Source: an uncultured Candidatus Saccharibacteria bacterium (GTDB taxonomy: Bacteria; Patescibacteriota; Doudnabacteria; UBA920). From it: a DNA stretch of 64,000 nucleotides. Position numbers and translations under genes: made by a program. The stretch lies in the NCBI GenBank assembly GCA_964483665.1, contig CAZACP010000001.1:6358-70357 (forward strand), read 5' to 3'. Of the stretch, positions 20,431 to 29,423 are shown piece by piece; within the stretch, counting starts at the first letter, position 1; every line of letters begins with the position of its first letter. The notes below the pieces were generated by a model that worked only from the letters and a program-made list of their open reading frames with translations, had not been told where the DNA came from and ran no database searches.

Positions 20431-20976
20431 ATGTCACGACAACAAGTTACCGGAGAAAAACATTGGTACGTGCTCCACACCTACTCAGGCTATGAAGACA
20501 GCGTTGCCTTTAACTTAAAGCAGCGTATTGAGTCTTTAAATATGCAGGACAGTATTTTCGATGTTATAGTGCCAAAGGAAAAGAAAATTAAAATTTCCGG
20601 CGGAAAACGCGTTACCGTAGAAGAGAAAATTTTCCCGGGTTATGTTTTGGTAAATATGATAGTAACCGACGATTCCTGGTATGTGGTCAGAAACACGCCC
20701 AATGTAACGGGGTTTGTGGGCAGCGGTACTGTGCCAACGCCTATTGCGCAGGAAGAATGGGATTATTTGCAGAAAAGAATGGGCCAGGAAGAACCGAAAT
20801 TTAAAGTGGATTTTCAGATTGGCGAATTAGTCAGAATTTTTGACGGACCATTTAAAGACTATGAAGGTAAGGTGGGGAATGTGGACGAACAGCACGGCAA
20901 GGTAAAAGTTATGGTCACCATTTTCGGCAGAGAAACACCGGTAGAGCTGGACTTTTTGCAGGTTAAAAAAATATAA
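20431..20976 (+). CDS. nusG: transcription antitermination factor NusG
   Basis: WYVLHTYSGYE, FPGYVLV, IFGRETPVEL. Confidence 0.98.
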   Translation: MSRQQVTGEKHWYVLHTYSGYEDSVAFNLKQRIESLNMQDSIFDVIVPKEKKIKISGGKRVTVEEKIFPGYVLVNMIVTDDSWYVVRNTPNVTGFVGSGTVPTPIAQEEWDYLQKRMGQEEPKFKVDFQIGELVRIFDGPFKDYEGKVGNVDEQHGKVKVMVTIFGRETPVELDFLQVKKI

Positions 20977-21070
20977 CTACAGAAGGCTACAGAAAGAATT
21001 CACTACGGATACCTACAGAAAACTACAGAATCTATATATTCAAGTAATCATAATCTATTAATCATATTCT

Positions 21071-21271
21071 ATGAACGAAAAAGATCCACTGAGACTAATT
21101 GAACAAAGTGATGTTAACGTAATTATTGATATGAATAAAGCAATTGCGAATTTTTATAATCTCTCGGATGATGGTAAAGAACGTTATGTTGCAATGTTGT
21201 CAGAAGCCCAAAAGGATAATATTAGGCTAACTTTGCAAAACTGGATGCGATTGATTGAAAAAGAAAAATAA
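21071..21271 (+). CDS. small hypothetical protein
   Basis: 66-aa ORF between repeat arms in the nusG-rplK gap. Confidence 0.5.
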   Translation: MNEKDPLRLIEQSDVNVIIDMNKAIANFYNLSDDGKERYVAMLSEAQKDNIRLTLQNWMRLIEKEK

Positions 21272-21377
21272 TTTTATCCCTAATTCATACTTCGCGCTTC
21301 TCGAATTATGAATTTAGGATTTAATAATTAGAATTTGTTTCGGATTTCGATATTCGAATTTAGGATTTAATACGTTT

Positions 21378-21803
21378 ATGGCTAAAAAAGTTAAAGTAGA
21401 ATTAAAACTTACCTTACCCGCGGGCAAGGCAACCCCGGCACCTCCGGTTGGTACCGCCCTTGGACCCCACGGCGTAAACATTGCGCAGTTCGTTAAGGAA
21501 TTTAACGACAGAACCGCTCCCATGGGAGATTTAATGATCCCGGCGGTTTTAACTATTTTTGAAGACCGCTCGTTTACTTTTATTTTAAAGACTCCGCCGG
21601 CTTCCAACTTAATTATGAAGGCGATTGGTCTTGCCAAAGGCAGCGCCAACCCTCTTTCGACAAAAGTGGGAAAAATTACCAAAAAGCAGGTTAGGGAAAT
21701 CGCGGAAAAGAAAATGCCGGATTTAAACGCCGCAAGTTTGGAAGCGGCAGAAAAAATAATTGCCGGAACTGCCCGCAGTATGGGTGTGGAAGTTATAGAT
21801 TAA
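21378..21803 (+). CDS. rplK: 50S ribosomal protein L11
   Basis: [29 protein letters not shown]. Confidence 0.98.
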   Translation: MAKKVKVELKLTLPAGKATPAPPVGTALGPHGVNIAQFVKEFNDRTAPMGDLMIPAVLTIFEDRSFTFILKTPPASNLIMKAIGLAKGSANPLSTKVGKITKKQVREIAEKKMPDLNAASLEAAEKIIAGTARSMGVEVID

Positions 21804-21863
21804 TTTAAAATTTTAATATCAAAAATTTAAAATTAATGAGCCCCTTTCGGGGCAACTAAATCT

Positions 21864-22196
21864 ATGTCACTAAAAAAAGCATACCTATATTTGGTTTCGG
21901 TCATCTCTTTGGTTATTTGGGTAATAGGCGCAATTATGCTCCTAAATATGGCGCTAAAAACCTGGGTCTTCCCAAAAGCAGACCAAGATTTTTATTCCTA
22001 CCCATGCGTAGCAAAGTATAATCCGGACGGTAGTCAAACACAATGCACCCCAGAAGAGGAGGCTAGGCAAAAAAAGCAGTCAGACGAAAACCGCTCTGCG
22101 CAAAAACAGCGCGATGCAGCCCAGGCTTTGGCTATGATAATAGTCGCAGCCCCGGTCTGGTACGGACATTGGAGACTTGCTAAGAAAGAAGTATAA
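21864..22196 (+). CDS. small two-TM membrane protein (CPR DUF5671-like)
   Basis: YLYLVS.ISL ... LA.IIV..PVW..HW. Confidence 0.7.
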   Translation: MSLKKAYLYLVSVISLVIWVIGAIMLLNMALKTWVFPKADQDFYSYPCVAKYNPDGSQTQCTPEEEARQKKQSDENRSAQKQRDAAQALAMIIVAAPVWYGHWRLAKKEV

Positions 22197-22230
22197 AGTA
22201 AACAATTAACCATAAACAATTTACAATTAA

Positions 22231-22278
22231 CTCTTGTGGGAGATCTGACAAGATCGTTTACCACGAAAGGAATAGAGT
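22231..22278 (+). promoter_or_regulatory. L1-binding autogenous leader
   Basis: GTGGGAG-hairpin-TACCAC mimics the 23S rRNA L1 site; directly upstream of rplA. Confidence 0.7.
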
Positions 22279-22959
22279 ATGAAAATCGCTAAACGCGTAA
22301 AAGCCAATATGGCTTTAGTGGAAAAAGATAAAGTATATAGCCCGGAAGAGGCTATAGAGCTTGCTAAAAAAACCGCTAACACTAAGTTTGTCGGCAGCGT
22401 TGAAGTTCATGTAAAAATGAAAATCGACTCAAAGAAAACCGACCAGGCTGTTCGCGGCACGGTTAGCTTGCCAAACGGCACAGGCAAAAGCAAGAAAGTT
22501 GCGGCTTTTGTTACGGAAAGCAAGGAAAAAGAAGCCAAAGAAGCCGGGGCTTTTGTAGTTGGCGGCGAAGAATTAATAAAGCAAATTAAAGAAACCGGCA
22601 AAGTGGACTTTGAGGTTGCTATTGCCGAACCGGCAATGATGATAAAATTAGCTCCCCTGGCCAAGATTTTAGGACCAAAAGGCGTAATGCCCAACCCTAA
22701 GACCGGCACTGTAGGCGAGAATATTGGCCAAATTGTGAAGGAAATTGCAGGCGGAAAGGTTAACTTTAAGAACGACGACAGCGGCAATATCCACCAAATT
22801 ATTGGCAAAACCAATTTTGAAAGCAAAGCGCTTTTGGAAAATTTAAAGGCTTTTTACTCGGCTTTAGTGGCAGCCAAGCCGGCTACCCTGAAGGGCCAGT
22901 TTATTTCCGGAGTGAGCTTAAATTCCACAATGGGCCCTGGAATAAAGGTGAAGATTTAA
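22279..22959 (+). CDS. rplA: 50S ribosomal protein L1
   Basis: RGTVSLPNGTGK, LGPKGVMPNPKTGTV, STMGPG. Confidence 0.98.
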   Translation: MKIAKRVKANMALVEKDKVYSPEEAIELAKKTANTKFVGSVEVHVKMKIDSKKTDQAVRGTVSLPNGTGKSKKVAAFVTESKEKEAKEAGAFVVGGEELIKQIKETGKVDFEVAIAEPAMMIKLAPLAKILGPKGVMPNPKTGTVGENIGQIVKEIAGGKVNFKNDDSGNIHQIIGKTNFESKALLENLKAFYSALVAAKPATLKGQFISGVSLNSTMGPGIKVKI

Positions 22960-22977
22960 AATTATCAGGCGGTAATA

Positions 22978-23010
22978 AAACAACCTCTGTGTACACAGAG
23001 GTTGTTTTTT
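22978..23010 (+). terminator. intrinsic terminator
   Basis: AAACAACCTCTGTGTACACAGAGGTTGTTTTT. Confidence 0.75.
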
Positions 23011-23051
23011 GCTATATTTAATTTGCATTTACCTATAACTAAAAACTCCTT

Positions 23052-23483
23052 ATGTCTGACGATTCGATGAAAAAAGTTTTAATAGTTGAGGACGACATAG
23101 ATTTTAGAAATCCGCTTAGGGATTTTTTAACCGCCCAGGGTTTTGCCGTGAGCGTGGCCGACGACGGAGAGCAGGCTATAGATAGAATGCTGGTTCACAG
23201 GCCGCATTTAATTATTTTAGATTTGTTATTGCCTAAAATTCACGGTTTTGAAGTTTTAAAAAGGATCCGTGAATATCCTGAGGCGGAAGTTGCCAAAATC
23301 CCGGTGATTATTTTGAGTAATTTAGCCAGCGAAGCCGACGTAAAACAGGGGAATGCTTTGGGCGTTAGCGCGTATTTTATAAAAGCGCATACGTCAAAGG
23401 ACGAAATTTTGGCCAAAATTAAAGAAATTTTATTTGGCAGCGCGGACGCGAAAACCAGTGATGTTTGGGATTTTACGCAATGA
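23052..23483 (+). CDS. stand-alone response regulator receiver
   Basis: VLIVEDD, ILDLLLP..HG, VIILSN, YFIK; paralog of 19184. Confidence 0.9.
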   Translation: MSDDSMKKVLIVEDDIDFRNPLRDFLTAQGFAVSVADDGEQAIDRMLVHRPHLIILDLLLPKIHGFEVLKRIREYPEAEVAKIPVIILSNLASEADVKQGNALGVSAYFIKAHTSKDEILAKIKEILFGSADAKTSDVWDFTQ

Positions 23484-23586
23484 CCGCAGATACGCAGATT
23501 AAAAACAGATCGCGTATATAAAAAATAAGAAAGCCGCCGTTGGTGGTTACCGCGGGCGGCTTTTTGCTTTTCGCGCTGGTTGGCGC

Positions 23587-23751
23587 TTATATAGAACAAA
23601 CGCTTGATGTCGACAGGGTTGGGTTTTCCTGAATGATTAGCTGAGCCTCAAGCCAGTCATTCAAATCGTCTGTGCTGGGAATCCAATGGGGGATTTTCAG
23701 ATCCACGCCTTTAAATTCCGCTAACATCATCAGATGCTTTGTATATAACAT
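23587..23751 (-). CDS. orphan 54-aa protein downstream of the Leu attenuator
   Basis: GGAGG SD (23758-23762) before ATG 23751; terminator hairpin at about 23530-23565. Confidence 0.5.
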   Translation of the reverse strand: MLYTKHLMMLAEFKGVDLKIPHWIPSTDDLNDWLEAQLIIQENPTLSTSSVCSI

Positions 23752-23807
23752 ACTTATCCTCCAGATTTGTAGTTTCACGGACACCCAAGAAATTAGGTAT
23801 CCATCAA

Positions 23808-23977
23808 AATACAAAAACCCGTCCCGCTAAGCGGGACGGGTTTGTAAAATGTAAGGAATTAATTACTTACATACAAAAACCTCGCCCCAGCGGGGGTAAG
23901 TAGGCTAAGAAGCAAACCTAAGGTTTTTTGTATGAAATTCATAGAAATATTTTAAACCAATTAAAAAATTTTGTCAA
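23808..23977 (-). promoter_or_regulatory. classical transcription attenuator, Leu-sensing
   Basis: TTGACA-17-TAAAAT promoter, leader ORF, antiterminator and GC-rich terminator with U tract. Confidence 0.75.
23859..23942 (-). CDS. leader peptide MNFIQKTLGLLLSLLTPAGARFLYVSN
   Basis: 6 Leu in 8 codons (TTA GGT TTG CTT CTT AGC CTA CTT); ATG 6 nt after the -10 box. Confidence 0.7.
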   Translation of the reverse strand: MNFIQKTLGLLLSLLTPAGARFLYVSN

Positions 23978-24089
23978 CCCAGTAGAATTACATTACTATT
24001 TGTAAAAAATAATTTTCAATATTTTTAACTAATTTATTTAAGTATAAAACAATTGCGAATAACTAGGTTGTAATGTAGATCTACTGGGT
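23977..24089. mobile_element. MITE-like element, 113 bp
   Basis: 20-bp terminal inverted repeats ACCCAGTAGAATTACATTAC / GTAATGTAGATCTACTGGGT (18/20) around an AT-rich core. Confidence 0.6.
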
Positions 24090-24113
24090 CAAAAGTAAAA
24101 GCAGCTCTGGGGG

Positions 24114-24416
24114 CTAGTATGGGGTCGTTTTGCCCGCGGAGCTGCTTTTTTGTTCGTTACTCGATATTTCCTCCTTGTTATGGGGCCGGTTTGGCCTCGT
24201 AGTCTTTGTCAAAAGTTGGGCCTGAGAGCTCAACTTTGCAACAATACTTTGTTTCGACGCTCTGTTTAATGTTTGGTCCCAGATTTTAAAACTGAGCGTT
24301 AGACAACTATTTCTCTGGACGCAAATTAGGCGTATTTCAGCCTTCTTGCCATCCAAAACCACTTCAATCGGGGCAGGCCTTTCATTATTGAGAGGCTGAA
24401 TAAATCGGATGGTCAT
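24114..24416 (-). CDS. orphan protein downstream of the Thr/Lys/Met attenuator
   Basis: GGAGG SD (24425-24429) 8 nt before ATG 24416. Confidence 0.45.
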   Translation of the reverse strand: MTIRFIQPLNNERPAPIEVVLDGKKAEIRLICVQRNSCLTLSFKIWDQTLNRASKQSIVAKLSSQAQLLTKTTRPNRPHNKEEISSNEQKSSSAGKTTPY

Positions 24417-24455
24417 TTTTGCGTCCTCCGGTCCGCCTTTGGCGGGCCGCAAGAT

Positions 24456-24635
24456 ACAAAAAAACTCCCCGGCTTTAGGGAGTAAAAGGGTTTAAATTTT
24501 ATAAAATTTATTAAACCATATTTTTTGTCCCAAAGCCAAAGCCAGATGACTTCTTAGTCATCTTAGTGGTCTTGGTTGTAAGGGACAAAATGTTATTCAT
24601 ATAGCAATTTTATGGTTAAAAACTATTTTTGTCAA
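24456..24635 (-). promoter_or_regulatory. classical transcription attenuator, Thr/Lys/Met-sensing
   Basis: TTGACA-17-TAAAAT promoter, leader ORF, antiterminator GGCTTTGGGA:TCCCTAAAGCC, terminator ACTCCC..GGGAGT plus U tract. Confidence 0.75.
24511..24600 (-). CDS. leader peptide MNNILSLTTKTTKMTKKSSGFGFGTKNMV
   Basis: TTKTTKMTKK run with all four Lys as AAG; ATG 6 nt after the -10 box. Confidence 0.7.
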   Translation of the reverse strand: MNNILSLTTKTTKMTKKSSGFGFGTKNMV

Positions 24636-24694
24636 AGACGGTAAATTATAGTAATATTAAACAGTGCAATTAAACAATCATCAAAATTAAAAAT

Positions 24695-25285
24695 ATGATT
24701 CTTTCTGACAAAGACATAAAAAAAGCCTTAAAAAATGGCCAGATTAGCATAGACCCTTTGTTCCCGGGCAGCATTCAGCCGGCCAGCGTGGACTTGCACT
24801 TGGGCCCGGATTTTTTAGTTTTTTCCACAGACCAGCATACCTGCATAGACCCTAAACAGCCCATAGACGATATGATGAAAGCAGTAAAAATAGACGACAA
24901 GCGCCAATTTATTTTGCACCCGGGTGAATTTGCTTTGGGTATGGTGTATGAAGTTGTGGGCGTGGCAGACAATATGGTAGGCAGGCTCGAAGGCAAATCT
25001 TCCTTAGGCAGAATGGGACTAATAATTCACGCCACAGCCGGGTACTTGGACCCCGGCAACAAGCTAAAAATGACTTTAGAGCTTTCTAATTTGTCTACTT
25101 TGCCAATAAAGCTGTATTACAAAATGCCTATTGCGCAAATGTCGTTTACCCCGCTATCATCACCAGCGGAAAACGCTTATGGCAAAACCAAATTAAATTC
25201 TAAATACTACGGAGCAATGAAGCCTCAGGCCAGCCAGTACTATAAAAATTTTACTAAGAATAATGGTTGGATGAAAATGAAGTAG
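24695..25285 (+). CDS. dcd: dCTP deaminase
   Basis: MILSD, QPASVDLHL, GKSSLGRMG, TAGYLDPG, IAQMSF. Confidence 0.95.
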   Translation: MILSDKDIKKALKNGQISIDPLFPGSIQPASVDLHLGPDFLVFSTDQHTCIDPKQPIDDMMKAVKIDDKRQFILHPGEFALGMVYEVVGVADNMVGRLEGKSSLGRMGLIIHATAGYLDPGNKLKMTLELSNLSTLPIKLYYKMPIAQMSFTPLSSPAENAYGKTKLNSKYYGAMKPQASQYYKNFTKNNGWMKMK

Positions 25286-25370
25286 GCTACGAAAGTACTA
25301 AATGTACCAAAATACTAAAATTGTTTTCGTATTTCGTACTTTCGTAAATTTTCGTAATTTAGTAGCCCAT

Positions 25371-25808
25371 ATGAGAACAAAAATAACCAGGTTAGACAAA
25401 ACAGTAGAGCTTCCTAAATACCACACCAGTGAGTCCGCGGCTTTTGATTTAGCCGCGAATGAAGACGCGGTTATAAAACCAGGGGAAATTGGCAAAATAA
25501 AAACCGGGTTAATAATAGAAGCGCCCAAGGGACATTTTTTGCTTATAGCCGCCCGCAGCAGTTTGGGACTAAAAAAAGGTCTTAAGCTAGTTAACGGAAT
25601 AGGCGTGGTAGACAGAGACTACGCCGGACCCACAGACGAAATTCATATTTTAGTTCATAACTTTACCGCACTGCCGGTAGAAATTAAAAAAGGCGACAGG
25701 CTAGCCCAAGGCATGTTTGTAAAGGTTGATCAAATTGAATGGGAAGAAGTAGATAATATTCGCGAGCAGAGCAGGGGAGGGTACGGAAGCACGGGAGGTT
25801 ACAAATAA
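25371..25808 (+). CDS. dut: dUTPase
   Basis: SAAFDL, ARSS, GVVDRDY.G, GDRLAQG, RGGYGSTG; start moved to ATG 25371. Confidence 0.96.
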   Translation: MRTKITRLDKTVELPKYHTSESAAFDLAANEDAVIKPGEIGKIKTGLIIEAPKGHFLLIAARSSLGLKKGLKLVNGIGVVDRDYAGPTDEIHILVHNFTALPVEIKKGDRLAQGMFVKVDQIEWEEVDNIREQSRGGYGSTGGYK

Positions 25809-25822
25809 ATTTTAAATTTCAA

Positions 25823-26371
25823 ATGTCAAATTTTAAATTAATTATAGGGCTTGTTGGGGAAAAATTAGCCGGAAAAGACACTGTGGCTAACTATTTGGTT
25901 AAATCCAAAGGCGCTTTTCATATTCGTTTTACCCATATTTTAGACGAAATACTAACCTCGCTAGACCTTCCTTTGTCGCGCAGGAATGAAATAGACTTAG
26001 GGCTTGGTTTGAGAAAAGTTTTTGGCGACGGGGTTTTGGGCAAGGCCGTGGTGAAAAGAGCGCTTTCTGCCAACGAAGATTTTATAGTTATAAACGGCAT
26101 ACGAATGGATGAAATGAAGAATGTAAAAGAAATTGGCGCGAAAGTTATTTATGTTACCGCCCCGGTAAATTTAAGGTTTGAGCGTTACAAGCAGCGCCAT
26201 GAAAAAGCAGACGACGGTGTTATGAACCTAGAGCAGTTTGTGCAGCAGGAAAAAGAATTAACCGAAATAGGCATTCCCGAATTAGGCAAACAGGCGGATT
26301 TTAAAATTGAAAATACCGGCAGCGTGGAAGAATTATATAAACAAGTTGAAGAAATATTAGCCAAATTCTAA
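25823..26371 (+). CDS. P-loop nucleoside-monophosphate/dephospho-CoA kinase-like protein
   Basis: GLVGEKLAGKDT, GIR..E, ADFKIEN.G; located in the dTTP cluster. Confidence 0.75.
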   Translation: MSNFKLIIGLVGEKLAGKDTVANYLVKSKGAFHIRFTHILDEILTSLDLPLSRRNEIDLGLGLRKVFGDGVLGKAVVKRALSANEDFIVINGIRMDEMKNVKEIGAKVIYVTAPVNLRFERYKQRHEKADDGVMNLEQFVQQEKELTEIGIPELGKQADFKIENTGSVEELYKQVEEILAKF

Positions 26372-26374
26372 AGT

Positions 26375-27112
26375 ATGGCCATTTTGAGGTTTGGAAAAAC
26401 AAAAAAGAAAGAAGAACCGCAGCGCGGGCGTTTTATAGTTATAGACGGGACTGACGGCAGCGGCAAGGCAACTCAGACTAAAATGCTCATAGAAACTTTG
26501 CGCTTGGAAAATTATCCGGTGGAAATGGTGGACTTTCCCCAATACGGCACCAAGTCCGCAGGCATAATTGAAGAATATTTAAACGGCAAATACGGGCAAG
26601 TGAGTCCTCAGGCAGCCAGTATTTTTTACGCTATAGACAGGTTTGACGCCAGTTACAAAATTCGGGAGTGGCTTTTGCAAGGCAAGATTGTTATTGCTAA
26701 CCGTTATGTAACGGCCAATGCCGGACATCAGGGCGGAAAAATTGAAAGCGACTTTCAACGCCTAAAATTTTTTAAGTGGCTAAATAATTTAGAGTACGAG
26801 GTGTTTAATATCCCAAGGCCGGATTTAAACATAATTCTTCATGTGCCGGCGGAAATAGCTCAAACTTTGGTAGATAAAAAGTCCGTTAGCGACCGGGCTT
26901 ATGTGAACGGAAAAAAGCGCGACTTGCACGAGTCGGATATTGAGCATTTAAAAAACGCGGAAAAAGTCTATTTGGAAATAGCCAAGCTGTTTCCAAATAC
27001 AAAATTAATAGAGTGCGTGGAAGCCGGCAGGCTGCTTGAGCCGAACACTGTACACAACAAAGTTTGGCAACTGGTAAGACGCATAGGTTTAAAAGATTTT
27101 AAAGTAAAGTAG
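26375..27112 (+). CDS. tmk: thymidylate kinase
   Basis: FIVIDGTDGSGKATQ, FPQY, NRY, PDL. Confidence 0.92.
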   Translation: MAILRFGKTKKKEEPQRGRFIVIDGTDGSGKATQTKMLIETLRLENYPVEMVDFPQYGTKSAGIIEEYLNGKYGQVSPQAASIFYAIDRFDASYKIREWLLQGKIVIANRYVTANAGHQGGKIESDFQRLKFFKWLNNLEYEVFNIPRPDLNIILHVPAEIAQTLVDKKSVSDRAYVNGKKRDLHESDIEHLKNAEKVYLEIAKLFPNTKLIECVEAGRLLEPNTVHNKVWQLVRRIGLKDFKVK

Positions 27113-27169
27113 TTTATCTCACAGATACGCAGATACTTCAGAGCGCACAGATAAAACACCAGGAATTTT

Positions 27170-27544
27170 ATGGAAGATTTTTTATACAAAGATTTAACAG
27201 AAAAATTAATAAAAGCAATTTTTAATGTTTATAATGAATTAGGATATGGTTATCGGGAAAAAGAATATCAAAATGCTTACGCGGAGGAATTAAAAGATTT
27301 AGGGCTGCTTTTTTCAAGAGAGTTATATTCAAATCTAACATATAAGGGTAAAGTAATTAGAAGATATTTTTTGGACTTTTTGGTTGAAAATAAAGTAGTT
27401 GTTGAGCTTAAAGTTGCAAATGAAGTTTATCACCAGCATTTTACTCAAGTTTTACAGTATTTGAAAAATAATAATTTGCAATTAGGTCTAATTTTAGTTT
27501 TAACCCCAACGAAGGTTCTTATTAAGAGAGTAATAAATCAGTAA
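27170..27544 (+). CDS. GxxExxY protein (PD-(D/E)xK nuclease-like)
   Basis: VYNELGYGYREKEYQNA, DFLVENKVVVELK, Q.LQYL; flanked by CACAGAT inverted arms. Confidence 0.92.
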   Translation: MEDFLYKDLTEKLIKAIFNVYNELGYGYREKEYQNAYAEELKDLGLLFSRELYSNLTYKGKVIRRYFLDFLVENKVVVELKVANEVYHQHFTQVLQYLKNNNLQLGLILVLTPTKVLIKRVINQ

Positions 27545-27592
27545 ATCGCGTAATCCGCGTTATCTGAGTATCTGTGAAAGAAACATAAATAT

Positions 27593-28405
27593 ATGCAAGC
27601 ATATTTAGATTTATTAAAAAAAATAAAAGATGAAGGCGTAGAAAAGCATGACCGCACGGGCACCGGAACTAAAAGCATATTTGGCTACCAAATGCGTTTT
27701 GATTTAAGCAAAGGTTTTCCTTTACTAACTACCAAAAAGGTTCATTTAAAGTCCGTAATTTACGAGCTGCTTTGGTTTTTAAAAGGCGATACCAACGTAA
27801 AATGGCTTAATGAGCATGGAGTTACTATTTGGGATGAATGGGCTGACGAAAACGGGGACTTAGGACCCGTTTACGGCAAGCAGTGGCGAGCTTGGAGGGG
27901 TTATAACGGAGAAACTTTTGACCAGATTGCTTATGTTGTAGACCAAATTAAAAATAATCCCGACAATCGCCGTATGATTGTTAGCGGGTGGAACGTGGCA
28001 GATTTGCAATCGCTCATAGCCGGTAAAAAAACCGCGCCTCCGCCGTGCCATACTTTGTTTCAATTTTACGTGGCTAACAACAAGCTTTCTTGCCAGCTGT
28101 ATCAACGCTCAGCCGATGTGTTTTTGGGCGTGCCGTTTAATATAGCGTCTTACAGCCTTTTAACAATGATGATGGCGCAGGTAACAGACAAAGATTTAGG
28201 AGAATTTGTCCATACTTTTGGCGACGCGCATATTTATAACAATCATATGGAGCAGGTGAATTTGCAACTTAGCCGCACTCCCAAAGCCTTGCCGACCATG
28301 AAGTTAAATCCGGAAGTTAAAAGCATTTTTGATTTTAAATATGAAGATTTTACTTTGGAAAATTACAATCCCGATCCGGGCATAAAAGCGCCAATAGCTA
28401 TTTAG
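27593..28405 (+). CDS. thyA: thymidylate synthase
   Basis: DRTGTGT, PPCH, YQRSAD, PFNIASY, DAHIY. Confidence 0.98.
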   Translation: MQAYLDLLKKIKDEGVEKHDRTGTGTKSIFGYQMRFDLSKGFPLLTTKKVHLKSVIYELLWFLKGDTNVKWLNEHGVTIWDEWADENGDLGPVYGKQWRAWRGYNGETFDQIAYVVDQIKNNPDNRRMIVSGWNVADLQSLIAGKKTAPPPCHTLFQFYVANNKLSCQLYQRSADVFLGVPFNIASYSLLTMMMAQVTDKDLGEFVHTFGDAHIYNNHMEQVNLQLSRTPKALPTMKLNPEVKSIFDFKYEDFTLENYNPDPGIKAPIAI

Positions 28406-28476
28406 TAAGTAGTTAGTAGTAGGTAGTAAGTAGCAAGCAAAGTTAAGAATATTGAAGTATTAACAAATTAATTAAC

Positions 28477-28950
28477 ATGATATCAATTATTGCCGCGGTG
28501 GCGGACAACAATGTAGTTGGGGTGAACAACAAGCTGCCTTGGGATTTACCCGAGGATTTAAAGCATTTTCAAGTTACCACAAAAGGCAAGCCTGTGCTTA
28601 TGGGCGACAGGACTTTTGAGTCCATAGTTTCCATTTTAGGCAAGCCTTTGCCGGGCAGAAAAAATATTGTTGTAACTTTAAACAAAGATTTTAAAGTTCC
28701 AGAAGGGGTGGAGCTGAGTTTTGATTTGTTCGGGGTTTTAGAAAAATATAAAAACGAAGATTTGTTTGTTATTGGCGGGCCCACAATATGGAAACTGAGT
28801 TTGCCAAAAGTAGACAGGCTTTATATAACCCACGTTCATAAAAGCCCGCAAGGTGACGCGTTTTTTCCGGAGGTGAATTGGAGCGAATGGAAAAAAGTTT
28901 CCAGTGACCCCCGCGAAGGCATTGAATTTGCGGTTTACGACAGGCTGTGA
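28477..28950 (+). CDS. folA: dihydrofolate reductase
   Basis: LPWDLPEDLKHF, MG.RTFES, PLPGR, IGG, GDAFFP. Confidence 0.96.
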   Translation: MISIIAAVADNNVVGVNNKLPWDLPEDLKHFQVTTKGKPVLMGDRTFESIVSILGKPLPGRKNIVVTLNKDFKVPEGVELSFDLFGVLEKYKNEDLFVIGGPTIWKLSLPKVDRLYITHVHKSPQGDAFFPEVNWSEWKKVSSDPREGIEFAVYDRL

Positions 28951-29034
28951 GGAAGGCAAAATAAAATCCCCCTTCTTGGGGGTTTAAAATAAAATTGTGG
29001 CCGCGGGTATAACTTCTACCGTTGGCCGGATGGC

Positions 29035-29241
29035 TTATCTCGTTACCTTAATAAACCACCTATACGCGGCTGCGACGCCTATTGGAGCGGCTGCTAGGAT
29101 CGAGGATCCTAAATGGGCCGCCGCCTTTCGGCTCTCGCCGAAAATTGGTGAATCATCCATGTGCCACATGGTTGGCACAAACCAACCGTACCAAAGATAG
29201 CCGAAAGCGACAGTACATACTAGACAAACCAACTTTTTCAT
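29035..29241 (-). CDS. small hydrophobic orphan protein
   Basis: Purine-rich SD-like AAGAGGG, structured 5' leader, TTGACA at about 29378-29383. Confidence 0.45.
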   Translation of the reverse strand: MKKLVCLVCTVAFGYLWYGWFVPTMWHMDDSPIFGESRKAAAHLGSSILAAAPIGVAAAYRWFIKVTR

Positions 29242-29423
29242 AAACCCTCTTCTTAGATTGTATTTGCCCACGGTGGTCCGCAGGCAGCAATAGGCAATTT
29301 CTGAAAATAAAAAACGGCCTATTGCCGCATACGAAAGCTTATTTTATTACTTATATTTTCTTATTTTTTAGCCCTTTTGTCAATGCTAGAGGCCTTGACA
29401 AAATGTCAAAAATGTGCATATAA

